In this document: piece after piece, positions 31,942 through 42,150 of the stretch
How the letters are laid out: each line of letters starts with the position of its first letter
Position numbering within the stretch: the first letter of the stretch is position 1
DNA from: Terriglobia bacterium
GTDB taxonomy: Bacteria; Acidobacteriota; Terriglobia; 20CM-2-55-15
Direction of reading: 5' to 3'
DNA: 64,000 bases
Assembly: GCA_963664115.2 (NCBI GenBank)
Contig: CAXWPJ010000009.1
Coordinates: 960,001-1,024,000 of the forward strand
Position numbers and translations under genes: made by a program
The notes under the pieces: generated by a model
Seen by the model: only the letters and a program-made list of their open reading frames with translations
What the model was told of the DNA's origin: nothing
Databases searched by the model: none

Positions 31942-32235
31942 GTGATCCATTCGTTTCGCGACGGCGGCACGGAAGATATTTTCAATGGAGCGGAAACCAA
32001 GCGTGCCCGTAAGACGTGCCCGGCAACCATAAGGAAGGCCGCGAGGCGTAAGCTTGAGCTGCTCGATTCGGCGGGCACGCTACACGACCTGCGGGTGCCG
32101 CCTGGAAACCAGCTGGAAGCCCTGAAGAAAGAACGAGCTGGGCAACACAGCATTCGCGTGAACAATCAGTATCGCGTCTGCTTCGAGTGGACGGAGCTTG
32201 GTCCGTCGAACGTGGAGATCATCGATTACCACTGA
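31942..32235 (+). CDS. higB: HigB (RelE/ParE-superfamily) toxin
   Basis: MIHSFRD..DLRVPPGNQLEALK..GQHSIRVNNQYRVCF..VEIIDYH. Confidence 0.92.
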   Translation: MIHSFRDGGTEDIFNGAETKRARKTCPATIRKAARRKLELLDSAGTLHDLRVPPGNQLEALKKERAGQHSIRVNNQYRVCFEWTELGPSNVEIIDYH

Positions 32236-32264
32236 GCACTTGTCGCAACTATGCGGAGGCTAAA

Positions 32265-32570
32265 ATGGTCCGAGTCCCAACGCATCGTCAGCCTACTCAT
32301 CCCGGACGGATGCTGTTAGAGGAATTCCTGAATCCGATGGGCCTCAGCCAACGGGAATTGGCTGATGGTATCCGTGTGCCGTATCAACGCGTCAATGAGC
32401 TAGTGAATGGCCGACGTGGGATCACTCCGAGCACGGCGCTTCGACTAGCGAAGTTCTTCGGAACCACCGCCGATTTGTGGATGAACCTCCAGCTCCGTTG
32501 GGATCTATATCACGCACAGGCAGCGGAGTCGGGGGAACTCGGGCGCATCAGGTGTGTGCAGACCAGCTAA
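32265..32570 (+). CDS. higA: HigA antitoxin (HTH)
   Basis: PTHPGRMLLEEFL..RVNELVNGRRGITPSTALRLAKFFG..WMNLQ; lies downstream of the toxin. Confidence 0.92.
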   Translation: MVRVPTHRQPTHPGRMLLEEFLNPMGLSQRELADGIRVPYQRVNELVNGRRGITPSTALRLAKFFGTTADLWMNLQLRWDLYHAQAAESGELGRIRCVQTS

Positions 32571-32819
32571 CCCAAACAGCGATATAACAAGCGGCTGCAC
32601 CAGACGGCGGCCACGGTATTGTCTTGAACCCTGCCTTGAAAACGATTCTCAACGCCTGTTAAATCATCTTCCCGGACACTGAGAATTGCCAATTTACGGA
32701 GGGTTTTCACTGTCCGAGAATGTCGTTTCCGAGGACTGGAGCCTCTTCTTGCTAATAAATCCTACCTGTCGTTATATTTACGCAGATTTTCGTACTTCGC
32801 ACCGACCGACACTGTAACG

Positions 32820-33245
32820 ATGAAATCCGGCACCAAACTCGGCTATTACGAGACCAGCACACTCTTAGGTAAAGGTGGAAAGGGCGAAGTGTCGCGGGAG
32901 AATTACAAACGGACCAGCGAAAAACTTTTCGCAAGTGTTGGGATTCAGCCGCAATCGATATTCGTTGCGACTAATGGGCCCGTTAAGAATGTCCATTACT
33001 ACGCGATAGGAAAAGGCAAGCCGCGGGTATTAATACATGGGGAGGGTTTTACGCTTCGCACTGGTATCCGCTCATCAAATCTTTGCAGGAGAAATTTCAA
33101 CTCTTTATTCCTGACCGGCCAGGCTGCGGACTTACAGACACATTCCAATATCGCGGTGTGGATATACCAAGTCACGGAATAGACTTTGTTCGTTCGTTTA
33201 TGGATTCTGTTGGTATTGATAAAGCGGCCTTTGCGGGGTGTAGCC
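32820..33245 (+). pseudogene. Mosaic remnant: Ser/Thr kinase N-terminus joined to a frameshifted alpha/beta-hydrolase fragment
   Basis: MKSGTKLGYYE..LLGKGGKGEV (kinase glycine loop); then VHYYAIGKGKPRVLIHG and, in another frame, PDRPGCGLTD..AAFAGCSL; cut by the IS3 remnant. Confidence 0.6.
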
Positions 33246-33602
33246 TGTCAGAGCATTTCGCACGAAATACCCTAAAAAACTAAGAGACACTTTTCTAATC
33301 AGAACGATCTGAAGGAGGATCGAATGAGTGAGAAAGTGTCGGCAGAGAATCGGGTACGAGAGATTCGTCGATCGGCCCTGGTTCCGAAAGAGCGGACGCG
33401 CAAGAAGTACTCGTCTGAGGAGAAAGTGCGGATCGTGTTGGAAGGGTTGCGAGGCGAAGAGAGCATCGCAGAACTGTGCCGACGCGAAGGGATTCCGTCA
33501 AATCTGTATTACCGGTGGAGCAAGGACTTCCTGGAGGCGGGGAAGAAACGGCTGGCTGGGGACACGAAGCGGGAAGCGACATCGTGGACCCATCGACGAT
33601 GA
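33246..33602 (+). mobile_element. Truncated IS3-family element (left end and partial OrfA, 33324-33602)
   Basis: RKKYSSEEKVRIVLEGLRGEESIAELCRREGI..YYRWSKDFLEAGKKRL HTH; TG start at 33246; no integrase OrfB. Confidence 0.75.
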
Positions 33603-33762
33603 TGCTCTTCGAGCGAACGTTCCCCTACCCGACGTTCGACCTCACTTCATTCGATATCCATCCCGACCTCGACCGATTCTTTTCTTTAGGATCGATCGTG
33701 GGTACGGGAAGGAGCAGAAAACTACGTCGCCAAGTGTCGTCTGTAATTTGGAGGGAGATCTA

Positions 33763-33799
33763 AAACCGGCCCTTTTTCCGATTGGAAAAGGGCCGGTTT
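33763..33799. terminator. Repeated terminator hairpin, copy C
   Basis: aaaccggccctttttcc-gatt-ggaaaagggccggttt. Confidence 0.78.
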
Positions 33800-33835
33800 C
33801 GTTTTTCTTACGGGGAAGTCGAAAGTGTCCGGAAC

Positions 33836-35965
33836 CTACCGGAAGGCCTCCGGGACGTTGAAGGTAAATATCGCGTTGTGTGTCTTGTCGGAAACCATCA
33901 CGTTCTGATTCCTGACATCGAGGGTGACGCCTCGCGCGTCCTTCAAGAGGACGTTCGGCCCGCCGATCGTCCACCGGGGCTCAGTGGGGCCGTCATCGAA
34001 GACGCTCCACACACCCACATAGTCTTCCTCCAGGAATCGCCCGCCGGGACGGACGACTCCGAAAATCATTCCGTTCTCCGGATTGCTGGTCAGCAACGAA
34101 ACTGCTGCCGCTGCATCACCGGTGATGACCCGGAGCGGAGGCGTGTTGCCCGAAGCCGTGCGATCGAAGATCTGGAGCTTGTCGCCGCCCGAGACGATCA
34201 GGAGATCGTGCACGGGGTCTATCGTCAGCCGGCCCGCAGTTAAATTCGTATCGGGTCCCTCCAGAGTCCGGAGGGGCGCCACATCGCCGTCCGCGTCCCG
34301 GTCGAAGACCAGCACCCGGCGGCCCTGGGGAACGAATATCTCCCCATGGACTGCATCTATGGCAAGAGCCTGCGGATTATGTATTTGCGTGCGGGGTCCC
34401 ATAATCTGGCGGACGGGCGCCGCGTCGCCATCCGCGCCCGCGGCGAAGGTGAGAATGGAAAGGTTATACCAACCGGGTACAAGGATCTCATCCCGCACCG
34501 GGTCGTAGGCCATGTCGTGAATCGTGCGTGTGAAATTAGTATTCTGTCCGGCAATGGACCGCGTCGCCGTTGTGCTCCCATCCGCCAGCCTGGCGAATGC
34601 CGCAATCTGCGGGTGGCCCACTCAGTTGCCGCCGAGGATTTCCTCGCGCCGAGTGTCGTACGTGATCGTGTGGACGTTTGCGAGCATGGGCCCGCGGGAG
34701 TCGGCGGGGCCGCTGCGAATCACGCGCGTTGGCGTAGGATCTCCTTCAGCGGTAATGTCATACACGGTCGCGGAGTGACTGCCCAGATTGGCGACCCACA
34801 GCTCGTCGTTGGTCAGGTCCAGCTTCACCCCGACAGGGTGGTTGATCAACGAGTTTGGACCCTGGAGGACTCGAATAGGAGCGGCGTTGCCGTCCGCATC
34901 GGCGCTGTAAACCGTTACCGTATGGCCGGTGTCATTGGCGACGAAGATCTCGCCCCGTTCCGGATGCACCGCGATATCGGTCGGCCAGTTCAGCAAGGTG
35001 TTAGGTCCCTGGATCACCTGCAAGGGTGCGACATTCCCCTGGGCATCCTTGCGGTACACAGTAATGGAGGGCGGCTCGTTCCGTCCCGAACCCGGAATGT
35101 TGGCTTCGCGCCCGACGGGCCAGTTGGCTTTTCCTTCTCCACGATTCAGGGTGGTCGGCGCGTCTGTGTCATAGTGGCGGTCCGCCACCGTACCCCAATT
35201 GGTGACAAAAATCAGGCCCGCGCTCGAGTCCACGGCGATCCCATGGGGATCGGCCAATCGCGTGGCCGATCCCTGGATCAGCCGCACGGGGGACTCTTCG
35301 TCCTCGGCCGATTTCCGAAAAACTGAGACCGCATGATCGTCCTGGACGGTCATGAAGATTTCCTGGGTCGCTTCATCGATGGACATCCGAACGGTCGTGT
35401 GCGGTGTGGCCAGTTTCCTCTTCGGCGCCACATTCCCTTGAGCGTCACGGCCCCAGACCGTCATCCAATTCAAGGTGTCGTTGTTGATGGCATAGATGTC
35501 GCCGCTTTCGGGGTCGATATAGATGCCGCAAACGTACTCCAGGAAGGTGTTCTCTCCCTGAATCACCCGTCTGGGTTCGCTGAACGCAGCAGTTGGCGGT
35601 GTATTCGTCATCCGGTCGTAGACGACGATGCTGAAATTATTTTCGTCGCCAGCGACAAGTTCACCTCGGATGGGGTCGATGTCAATGGCGGCAAACACAT
35701 GACGGGCGTCATGGATCGTACGGATGGGCGGTCTGTTCGCCACCGCCGCTCTTTCCGCCTCGCTCGGCCGGGGGGGAGGGTCCGTAGCCGCTCCTGCTTG
35801 GGCGCCTTCAACCAGCGCCATCAGACTCCCTGGAGCGCTGGCGGCCATCAGAATTGTCTGCCCGTTTCCGTCCGGCCCCAGCTGCCCGTTTTGAGGCAAC
35901 GCGCCGACAGCCACCGACAGACATAAAACCAGTGAGATCATTAAAATCCACTGCCTTGGTTTCAT
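33836..35965 (-). CDS. Putative secreted beta-propeller selenoprotein, copy 3 (709 aa, Sec448 at 34622-34624)
   Basis: In-frame ILGGN*VGHPQIAAFARLADG; hairpin at 34579-34599; terminal TAG. Confidence 0.85.
34579..34621 (-). promoter_or_regulatory. Putative SECIS element, copy 3
   Basis: Identical to copies 1 and 2. Confidence 0.75.
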
Positions 35966-36018
35966 CTCAGTCCTCCTCTATTCCCGAGGGTTAACTTTGT
36001 GGATACTTCGTGTCGCTA

Positions 36019-36048
36019 ACCCTATGGTCTTTCAATCTTTCCTGTCAA
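36019..36048 (-). promoter_or_regulatory. Sigma70 promoter of copy 3
   Basis: TTGACA-N18-TAGGGT. Confidence 0.65.
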
Positions 36049-36171
36049 GCACTATGGCGTGAGGTGTATACCCTGTGCGCTCAAGGTGGCCAGGCAATCA
36101 GCGATACGCTCAATGACTGGGACAAGCTCTCCCGGCATCCTCGGGCGGAACCCGCCCCCGTCCGATCTCCT

Positions 36172-36330
36172 GGACAAAACGCGGAAGCCCAGGCCGACTT
36201 CAACCAGGGTTTTGTGATGAAGTATGGGTTTGCGAAAGACGAGGCCAAGCGATCGTTTCGCGAGGCCGTTAAACGCGATCCCAATAGCGCGATCCGTTGC
36301 TGGGGCGAAGCGTGGTCCTGGGGTTCTTAT
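36172..36330 (+). pseudogene. Fragment of a TPR protein related to 11297-12976
   Basis: NAEAQADFNQG..EAKRSFREAVKRDP..CWGEAW matches NSTEAQAFFNQG..EAERSFLEAARLDP..YWGIAM; boundaries approximate. Confidence 0.6.
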
Positions 36331-36342
36331 TTTGCCGGCCTT

Positions 36343-37107
36343 TTACTTGTCCGCATTTTGAAGGCGACTCAATGATTCTTTCACGCTCGGCGACTGGCCC
36401 GATGCAACATCTTCGCGCCGAAGTTCGTGGAAGTGAGTCAGAACCGTATTGGCTTCCGCCAGCACTTTGATCCGTGCGGCGTATTCCTGGATTTTGGCAC
36501 CCGGCAAGGCCCATAGAGCGAAATCGTCGGTGAGCACATCCAGATAGGCGCGCGCTCCGCAGCAACCCAGGCTCAGCGCAGCATTTCCCGTATTGATAGC
36601 CTGGGGTATCACGCCGCAGGCGGGCCGCCCCAGGGCCGGTGGGGCATTGGGCTCCACCTGCCCTACAGCTTCAGCGATCGCCAGGCTTTGCCTGGCATTG
36701 GCGAACAAGAGAACCACCGACGGTTGCAACGGAGTGGAAGCCAGAGGTGCGTAGACGACGTATTTCCCCTCTTCCTCCAGGACGGGAATCCGAGGGATGT
36801 CCTCGGGGCGAACATAGCCAAGGTCCCCGAAAACCTTCAGACTGTCGTTCAAGTCTTCCTCTGAGGACGTCGCAAGGGGCATGTGATGTGTGTACATCCC
36901 TATGCTGCAGTTCTGATGGTCTGTCGGAGAGGTGACAAACGTGGCCTCGGCTCCCTGCTGCCAAAAGACACACCCGGCTGCTACCGGTTTTGAGGGACTG
37001 GGAATTCCCTCGGGCGGCTCATCGGTCATGCAGACGGCGACGGGAGCGACCCGAAGTCCTAGCGATTCCATAATGGTCTGGGCGATGGGGGCATAGTCAC
37101 TCATCAC
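36343..37107 (-). CDS. DUF169 family Cys-rich protein
   Basis: APVAV..AGCVFW..NCSIG..PACG..SLGCCGAR. Confidence 0.75.
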   Translation of the reverse strand: MMSDYAPIAQTIMESLGLRVAPVAVCMTDEPPEGIPSPSKPVAAGCVFWQQGAEATFVTSPTDHQNCSIGMYTHHMPLATSSEEDLNDSLKVFGDLGYVRPEDIPRIPVLEEEGKYVVYAPLASTPLQPSVVLLFANARQSLAIAEAVGQVEPNAPPALGRPACGVIPQAINTGNAALSLGCCGARAYLDVLTDDFALWALPGAKIQEYAARIKVLAEANTVLTHFHELRREDVASGQSPSVKESLSRLQNADK

Positions 37108-37462
37108 GATTCTCCCTAATTCACCTCGTTAACAATGGGGCGTTTAAGACAGCAGTGTACTCATACCGCAACTCGACTCTAAAGTCCAATTGGATCGAAC
37201 GGATGAGCCGTACATTAACTTTACAAAATAACCAGACCAATGCGGATGTTATTCGAACATTCTCGATCGGTTATTTCCGATTAGACTTTGCTAATTGGGA
37301 GGCATTCTGACAGACTTACCCCGAAGGTAAAGGGACTCCGGGCTCACCACGTTTCGAGTAAACGTAAGGTGATTTTATGCGGTGGATGTCCTTGCGTTTC
37401 GGGCAAATAACCAGTGCAGTGCCGCCGGTGACGCCAGCGGGATACTTCCCAGAGAAGAACGA

Positions 37463-38356
37463 ATGCTAAGCGCAAAGCTTCTTAGTCTTAAGTCCCTGGT
37501 TTTGGTGGGGATTGTTCTCTCGCCAAACCTGTCCGCAATCGGAGCAGTCCAAGTCGACCCGTCCAGCCTCACCTGGGAAAGAGACTACGAAAAAGCTGTT
37601 GAGCGAGCCACAGCGGACGAGAAGCTGATCGTTGCCTACATGTTCACGGATTGGTGTGTGATCTGTAGGAGGATGGACAGCGAAACGTTCGTCGCGCCGC
37701 AATTGATAGAGGAGATGGCGGCGGAATATGTCTGGCTGAAGCTGAATACCGAAACTGAAGAAGACGGCAAACGTTTCCAGGAAGAGTTCGCAATACTAAC
37801 CTATCCCACGATTTTGCTCCTGGACAGTCAGGGCGAGGAAATCGAGCGAGTCAGCCGCTTCGTTCCTGCTGCCGAATTCCGGGAAACTGTTGAGTTTTTC
37901 GTTGAGAGCCCGGATTCTCTTGGGAGCCTGAGAGCAGCAGTCGAGGAGCAGCCCGATTCCGTTTCAGCGCAATTCGCTCTGGCCGAAAAATATCTCAACC
38001 AGAACAACTACCCTAAGGCCGCCGCCCGATATGAGAAGGTGATCGAGCTCGATCCTGAAAACCTTGAAGGCCATACCGATGAGAGCCTCTACAATGTCGC
38101 GCTCTCCCTCGCCAGCCAGGAAAGATTTGAAGAGGCGCTCGCCCAGTTGGATCTTCTTGAGAGTCGCTTTCCGATGAGCGGCAACCTTGGGGAGACGGCC
38201 GTCGTGCTAAGGGTACAGGTTCTCCACTGTTGTGGAAGAATGGATGAGGCGGAGGCCCTTTTACAACAGCAACGCAATGCGAACGCCGAACCGGCTCCTG
38301 TTGGGGAGGTCGAAAACCTGTTCTCCGAAATGGAAGCCGAAATCAGCGGCAATTAG
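37463..38356 (+). CDS. Secreted thioredoxin-fold protein with TPR repeats
   Basis: Signal peptide; FTDWCVICRRM; cis-Pro motif YPTIL; C-terminal TPRs. Confidence 0.85.
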   Translation: MLSAKLLSLKSLVLVGIVLSPNLSAIGAVQVDPSSLTWERDYEKAVERATADEKLIVAYMFTDWCVICRRMDSETFVAPQLIEEMAAEYVWLKLNTETEEDGKRFQEEFAILTYPTILLLDSQGEEIERVSRFVPAAEFRETVEFFVESPDSLGSLRAAVEEQPDSVSAQFALAEKYLNQNNYPKAAARYEKVIELDPENLEGHTDESLYNVALSLASQERFEEALAQLDLLESRFPMSGNLGETAVVLRVQVLHCCGRMDEAEALLQQQRNANAEPAPVGEVENLFSEMEAEISGN

Positions 38357-38527
38357 ACCACCTGCCACGACTATCTTCTGTAACACCATCTGTTGAAAAG
38401 CCCCTCTGTGACAGGGAATAGTAACGCGTCCTTCGGCCGGAATAAAACAGCTTGGATTCAGTTAGTTGTAAGTTTAATATCGACTTGCATTGGCGTGTCT
38501 GTTTGACTTGGAGAAGCAGGCGATCAA

Positions 38528-39151
38528 ATGGCTCGGAAAAAATACGGCAAACAATTCGCTAAGATGTTTGCGGCGATAGCGCTGCTGACCGTGACCGTCA
38601 TCGGGCTCGGTTATGGCTCGCTGCTTCGCGCTATGGATCAAGCTGGGGAAGACTATGGCCGGGGCGATGTGGAGGCTGCGCTGACCCGTTACGAGAGCAT
38701 CGAGGGTCGGCTGCGTTCCCTGGGCGCTCTGCGCATGATACCGGCGAAAGACCGCGGGAATCTTATTCTGAACCAGGCACGCCTGCTCTATGCCCTCGGT
38801 CGCTATGAGGATGCCCAGGTAGCCATGGATCGGGAGACTGAAATCGCCGGTGTCGCCAACAACGATTGCCGATTCCTTCTGTTGAACGGCGACATTGCAT
38901 TCCGGAGAGCCGTCAGGAATTACCGCGAATCGTCGGAGGGGGATGCGGGGTTGCTGGACGACGCCCTGCGCACTGCCGAAACTTATCTGCGTGATTCCCT
39001 GCGCCTCTGCCCGAATGACTGGGACGCCAAATACAATTTTGAGTTCATGCGGCTGAATCGGGCTCGGCCGGCACAGATCCCACTTTTGATGATGGGCGGT
39101 GATAACCAGGATCCGCCGCCGACAACCCTTCCGGCGGAACTGTCACCTTGA
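38528..39151 (+). CDS. TPR-like membrane-anchored protein (MxaK/BatC-like)
   Basis: N-terminal TM; SLRLCPNDWDAKYNFE resembles the MxaK WDAxYNxE motif. Confidence 0.6.
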   Translation: MARKKYGKQFAKMFAAIALLTVTVIGLGYGSLLRAMDQAGEDYGRGDVEAALTRYESIEGRLRSLGALRMIPAKDRGNLILNQARLLYALGRYEDAQVAMDRETEIAGVANNDCRFLLLNGDIAFRRAVRNYRESSEGDAGLLDDALRTAETYLRDSLRLCPNDWDAKYNFEFMRLNRARPAQIPLLMMGGDNQDPPPTTLPAELSP

Positions 39152-39185
39152 TTTCGGCGCCTCGATCACTCAGCGATAATCTCTG

Positions 39186-40202
39186 ATGGAATTTGCAAGA
39201 CAAGAATACTTCTGGCTGTTGCTGCCGGTTCCCTTTGTAGTTCTGCTCTGGGGAATCGGTGTATGGCACCTGCGGCGGATGCGGATCCGATTCGGAAATA
39301 TCGGAAACCTCGCGTCCATCTCAAGAATCTCCTGGTCAGGCAGAGAGTGGTTCCGAGGTCTGCTGTTTGTGGGCGCTCTGGGGCTGATGGTCGTGGCCCT
39401 GGCTGAGCCCAGCGCAGTTGTTCGGGAGTTGCACGCCGTTCCGACACCCACGGATCTGGTGTTCTTGTTGGATACCTCCCCCTCCATGTACGGACGCGAC
39501 ATGGATCCCAACCGGCTGGGTCGTGCTGAACGAATCATTGAGAGATTCCTCTTTCTGAAGCAGCCCGAGGATCGTTATGGCTTGATCTCGTTCAACTGGA
39601 CGAGCGTGGTGTTGTCCTACCTGACCCGCGATCCCCAAAGCATCTTGCTGTACTTCGATTATCTCAATCAGCTGAATGTGCCACAGCCGGGCACCAATGT
39701 GGGCGCCGTGCTGACCAACGCGATGCAGCTGGTTGCCACCGAACGGACCCTCGATCCGGAAAGCGCCCAGAATCGCCGCGTCGTTTTCGTCCTCCTTTCG
39801 GACGGAGACGATACGGCGGACGAGATCGAGGAGCCTCTGGCCGAGGTAGTTCGATCTGGGATTAATATCTATTCCATCGGTCTGGGTACGGCGAACGGCT
39901 CGAACGTGCCGATGGAGATGGCGGGGGGGTTGAACGGCCGGCCGGTAAGGTACTACCAGCGCTACGACGGGGTCCGGCTGATCAGTCAAGCGCAGGCCAG
40001 AACCATGAGAGAGGTCTCCGACCGGACGGGCGGACGGTTCGTGCGCGGTGAGCTGGAAGAGCAGGTGGATCAACTCATGGAGGAAATCCTGGTCGACAGC
40101 CGGCCTGTGTCCGGTTTCGAATCGAGCGCTGTGCGCCGAGACCTCTATGTTTATTTTCTGATGGCCGCTTTGGGATGCCTGTTGGTCGGCGTCTTTTTAT
40201 AA
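39186..40202 (+). CDS. VWA-domain membrane protein (MxaL/BatB-like)
   Basis: TM helices; MIDAS DTSPSM; LLSDGDD. Confidence 0.85.
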   Translation: MEFARQEYFWLLLPVPFVVLLWGIGVWHLRRMRIRFGNIGNLASISRISWSGREWFRGLLFVGALGLMVVALAEPSAVVRELHAVPTPTDLVFLLDTSPSMYGRDMDPNRLGRAERIIERFLFLKQPEDRYGLISFNWTSVVLSYLTRDPQSILLYFDYLNQLNVPQPGTNVGAVLTNAMQLVATERTLDPESAQNRRVVFVLLSDGDDTADEIEEPLAEVVRSGINIYSIGLGTANGSNVPMEMAGGLNGRPVRYYQRYDGVRLISQAQARTMREVSDRTGGRFVRGELEEQVDQLMEEILVDSRPVSGFESSAVRRDLYVYFLMAALGCLLVGVFL

Positions 40203-40222
40203 CCGGCCTGGAGCCCTTGAGG

Positions 40223-41248
40223 ATGGAATCGTTGACCGAACACGTGGAAACGAAAGAGCAGGCATGGGAGGTCATCGCCAGAATCGAAGAGCAGATCCGC
40301 AAGGTGATTATCGGACAGGACGATTTGATCCGGCGCATCCTGATCGGGCTGTTCGGGCGCATTTCCTACTCGTTCAAGAAGGGGCAGGACGAAAAAACAG
40401 GTTCGGGTCACATTTTGTTGGAAGGCGTGCCCGGACTCGCGAAAACGCTGCTTGTCTCGGCCATTGCCAGCACGATTGACGCCAAGTTCCAGCGCATTCA
40501 GTTCACGCCGGATATGCTGCCCGCCGATATTCTTGGAACCAAAATCTTCGATAGCAAGGTCGGCGAATTCCGTACTGAAACAGGTCCGATCTTTGCCAAC
40601 ATTATTCTGGCGGATGAAATCAACCGCGCCCCGCAGAAGACGCAGAGCGCTCTGTTGGAAGCCATGCAGGAGCGCCAGGTCACGATCGGCGAGACTACAT
40701 ACGCGTTGGATGATCCTTTCTGGGTCCTGGCGACTCAGAACCCCGTGGAGCAGGAAGGCGTGTTCTCACTGCCCGAAGCACAGCTGGATCGATTTTGCAT
40801 GATGGTTCGTGTGCATTACCCGTCCCCGGAAAGCGAATACGACATGCTCTCAGCGAGTCTCGAAAAAACGGGCCTGGAATCGGTGACCGGCCCCAAAGCA
40901 GTTCTCGCGATCCGGCAATTAGTCGGTCAGGTGCACGTGGACGAAAAGATTCGCCGGTATATCGTTGCCATCGGCCAGAACACGCGCAGTAACGGCACGA
41001 ACACACTGCCGATTGTGGAGGAGATGGTCATGCACGGCGTATCGCCGCGCTCTTACAATCACCTGCTGGCGATGTGTCGTGCCGTAGCTTTTTTCCGCCG
41101 GCGCGATTACGTTCTCCCTTCGGATGTGAAGTACATTGCGCCCGATGTGCTGCACCACAGAATCGTGCGCACGATCCGGGCAGAAGTCGAAAACGTGGAA
41201 TCCGACGAGATCGTCGCCGAGGTGTTGCGACATACTCCGATTCCTTAA
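40223..41248 (+). CDS. moxR: MoxR-family AAA+ ATPase
   Basis: LEGVPGLAKT; RIQFTPDMLPAD; LADEINRA; ATQNPVEQEG..LPEAQLDRF. Confidence 0.93.
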   Translation: MESLTEHVETKEQAWEVIARIEEQIRKVIIGQDDLIRRILIGLFGRISYSFKKGQDEKTGSGHILLEGVPGLAKTLLVSAIASTIDAKFQRIQFTPDMLPADILGTKIFDSKVGEFRTETGPIFANIILADEINRAPQKTQSALLEAMQERQVTIGETTYALDDPFWVLATQNPVEQEGVFSLPEAQLDRFCMMVRVHYPSPESEYDMLSASLEKTGLESVTGPKAVLAIRQLVGQVHVDEKIRRYIVAIGQNTRSNGTNTLPIVEEMVMHGVSPRSYNHLLAMCRAVAFFRRRDYVLPSDVKYIAPDVLHHRIVRTIRAEVENVESDEIVAEVLRHTPIP

Positions 41249-41256
41249 GAGGTCCT

Positions 41257-42150
41257 ATGGCGCTGGCGCCGGAATTAGTAGAAGAGCTTCGATATGTGGA
41301 AATCAGCGTGGCGCGGCGCATTCGCAGCCTGCGCTTCGGCCAGAATCGCAGCCCATTAAAGGGCTCTGGCTACGAATTCGAGGCCCACAGCAAGTACCAG
41401 GTTGGCGAAGATTTTCGGCGCATCGACTGGAACGTTACAGCGCGCATGCAGGAAGTCTTCATCAAGCGCCATTTTGAGGAACGGGAGGTCTCGGTATTTC
41501 TGGTGGCGGATGTATCCCGCTCAATGCGTTTCTCAACGGCGAAACATTCCAAGAACCTGCGACTGATGCAGGTGGGCGCCACTCTCGGTTTTTCTGCTGT
41601 CAGCGACAGCTGCAACTTTGGCTGGCTGGCGTTCAGTGATCAGGTGGAAGCCTACGAGCCCCCTCGCAAGGGTCGCGCACATGTGTGGCGGGCGATTGAT
41701 AGACTTCACAACCTGAAGCCGAAGCACTCGGGAACCAATTGGGAGCTTGCGTTGCGTTTTCTGCGTAGCCACCTGCGGGGCATGTCCATTGTGTTTCTGC
41801 TCTCGGATTTCATTACAGACCCGGATGCGACCCAGCTGAGGGAACTGCCAGATCTTAAGGTCCTGGCGCAAAAACACGACGTGGTTCCCATCGTGTTCGT
41901 CGATCAACTGGAAAAAACCCTTCCTACAGGCAAAGGGCTGCTCCGCTTTCGTTCGGCCGAGGGCCGCGATGAAATATTGCTCAGCCTTTCCTCGCGTCAG
42001 AGGCGCGCGTTCGACGCCTTGGTGGAGAAACGTAAAGCGGATCTACGGGATCTGTTTTACTCCTTGGGAATGGAGTGCCTGTTTTTGAACGTGGGCGAAG
42101 CGTTCACCGATTCCCTGATGATGCTATTTCAAAGGCGGAAGAAAATATGA
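41257..42150 (+). CDS. DUF58 protein (MxaS-like)
   Basis: GSGYEF..YQVGEDFRRIDWNVTAR; DVSRSM; LLSDF. Confidence 0.9.
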   Translation: MALAPELVEELRYVEISVARRIRSLRFGQNRSPLKGSGYEFEAHSKYQVGEDFRRIDWNVTARMQEVFIKRHFEEREVSVFLVADVSRSMRFSTAKHSKNLRLMQVGATLGFSAVSDSCNFGWLAFSDQVEAYEPPRKGRAHVWRAIDRLHNLKPKHSGTNWELALRFLRSHLRGMSIVFLLSDFITDPDATQLRELPDLKVLAQKHDVVPIVFVDQLEKTLPTGKGLLRFRSAEGRDEILLSLSSRQRRAFDALVEKRKADLRDLFYSLGMECLFLNVGEAFTDSLMMLFQRRKKI

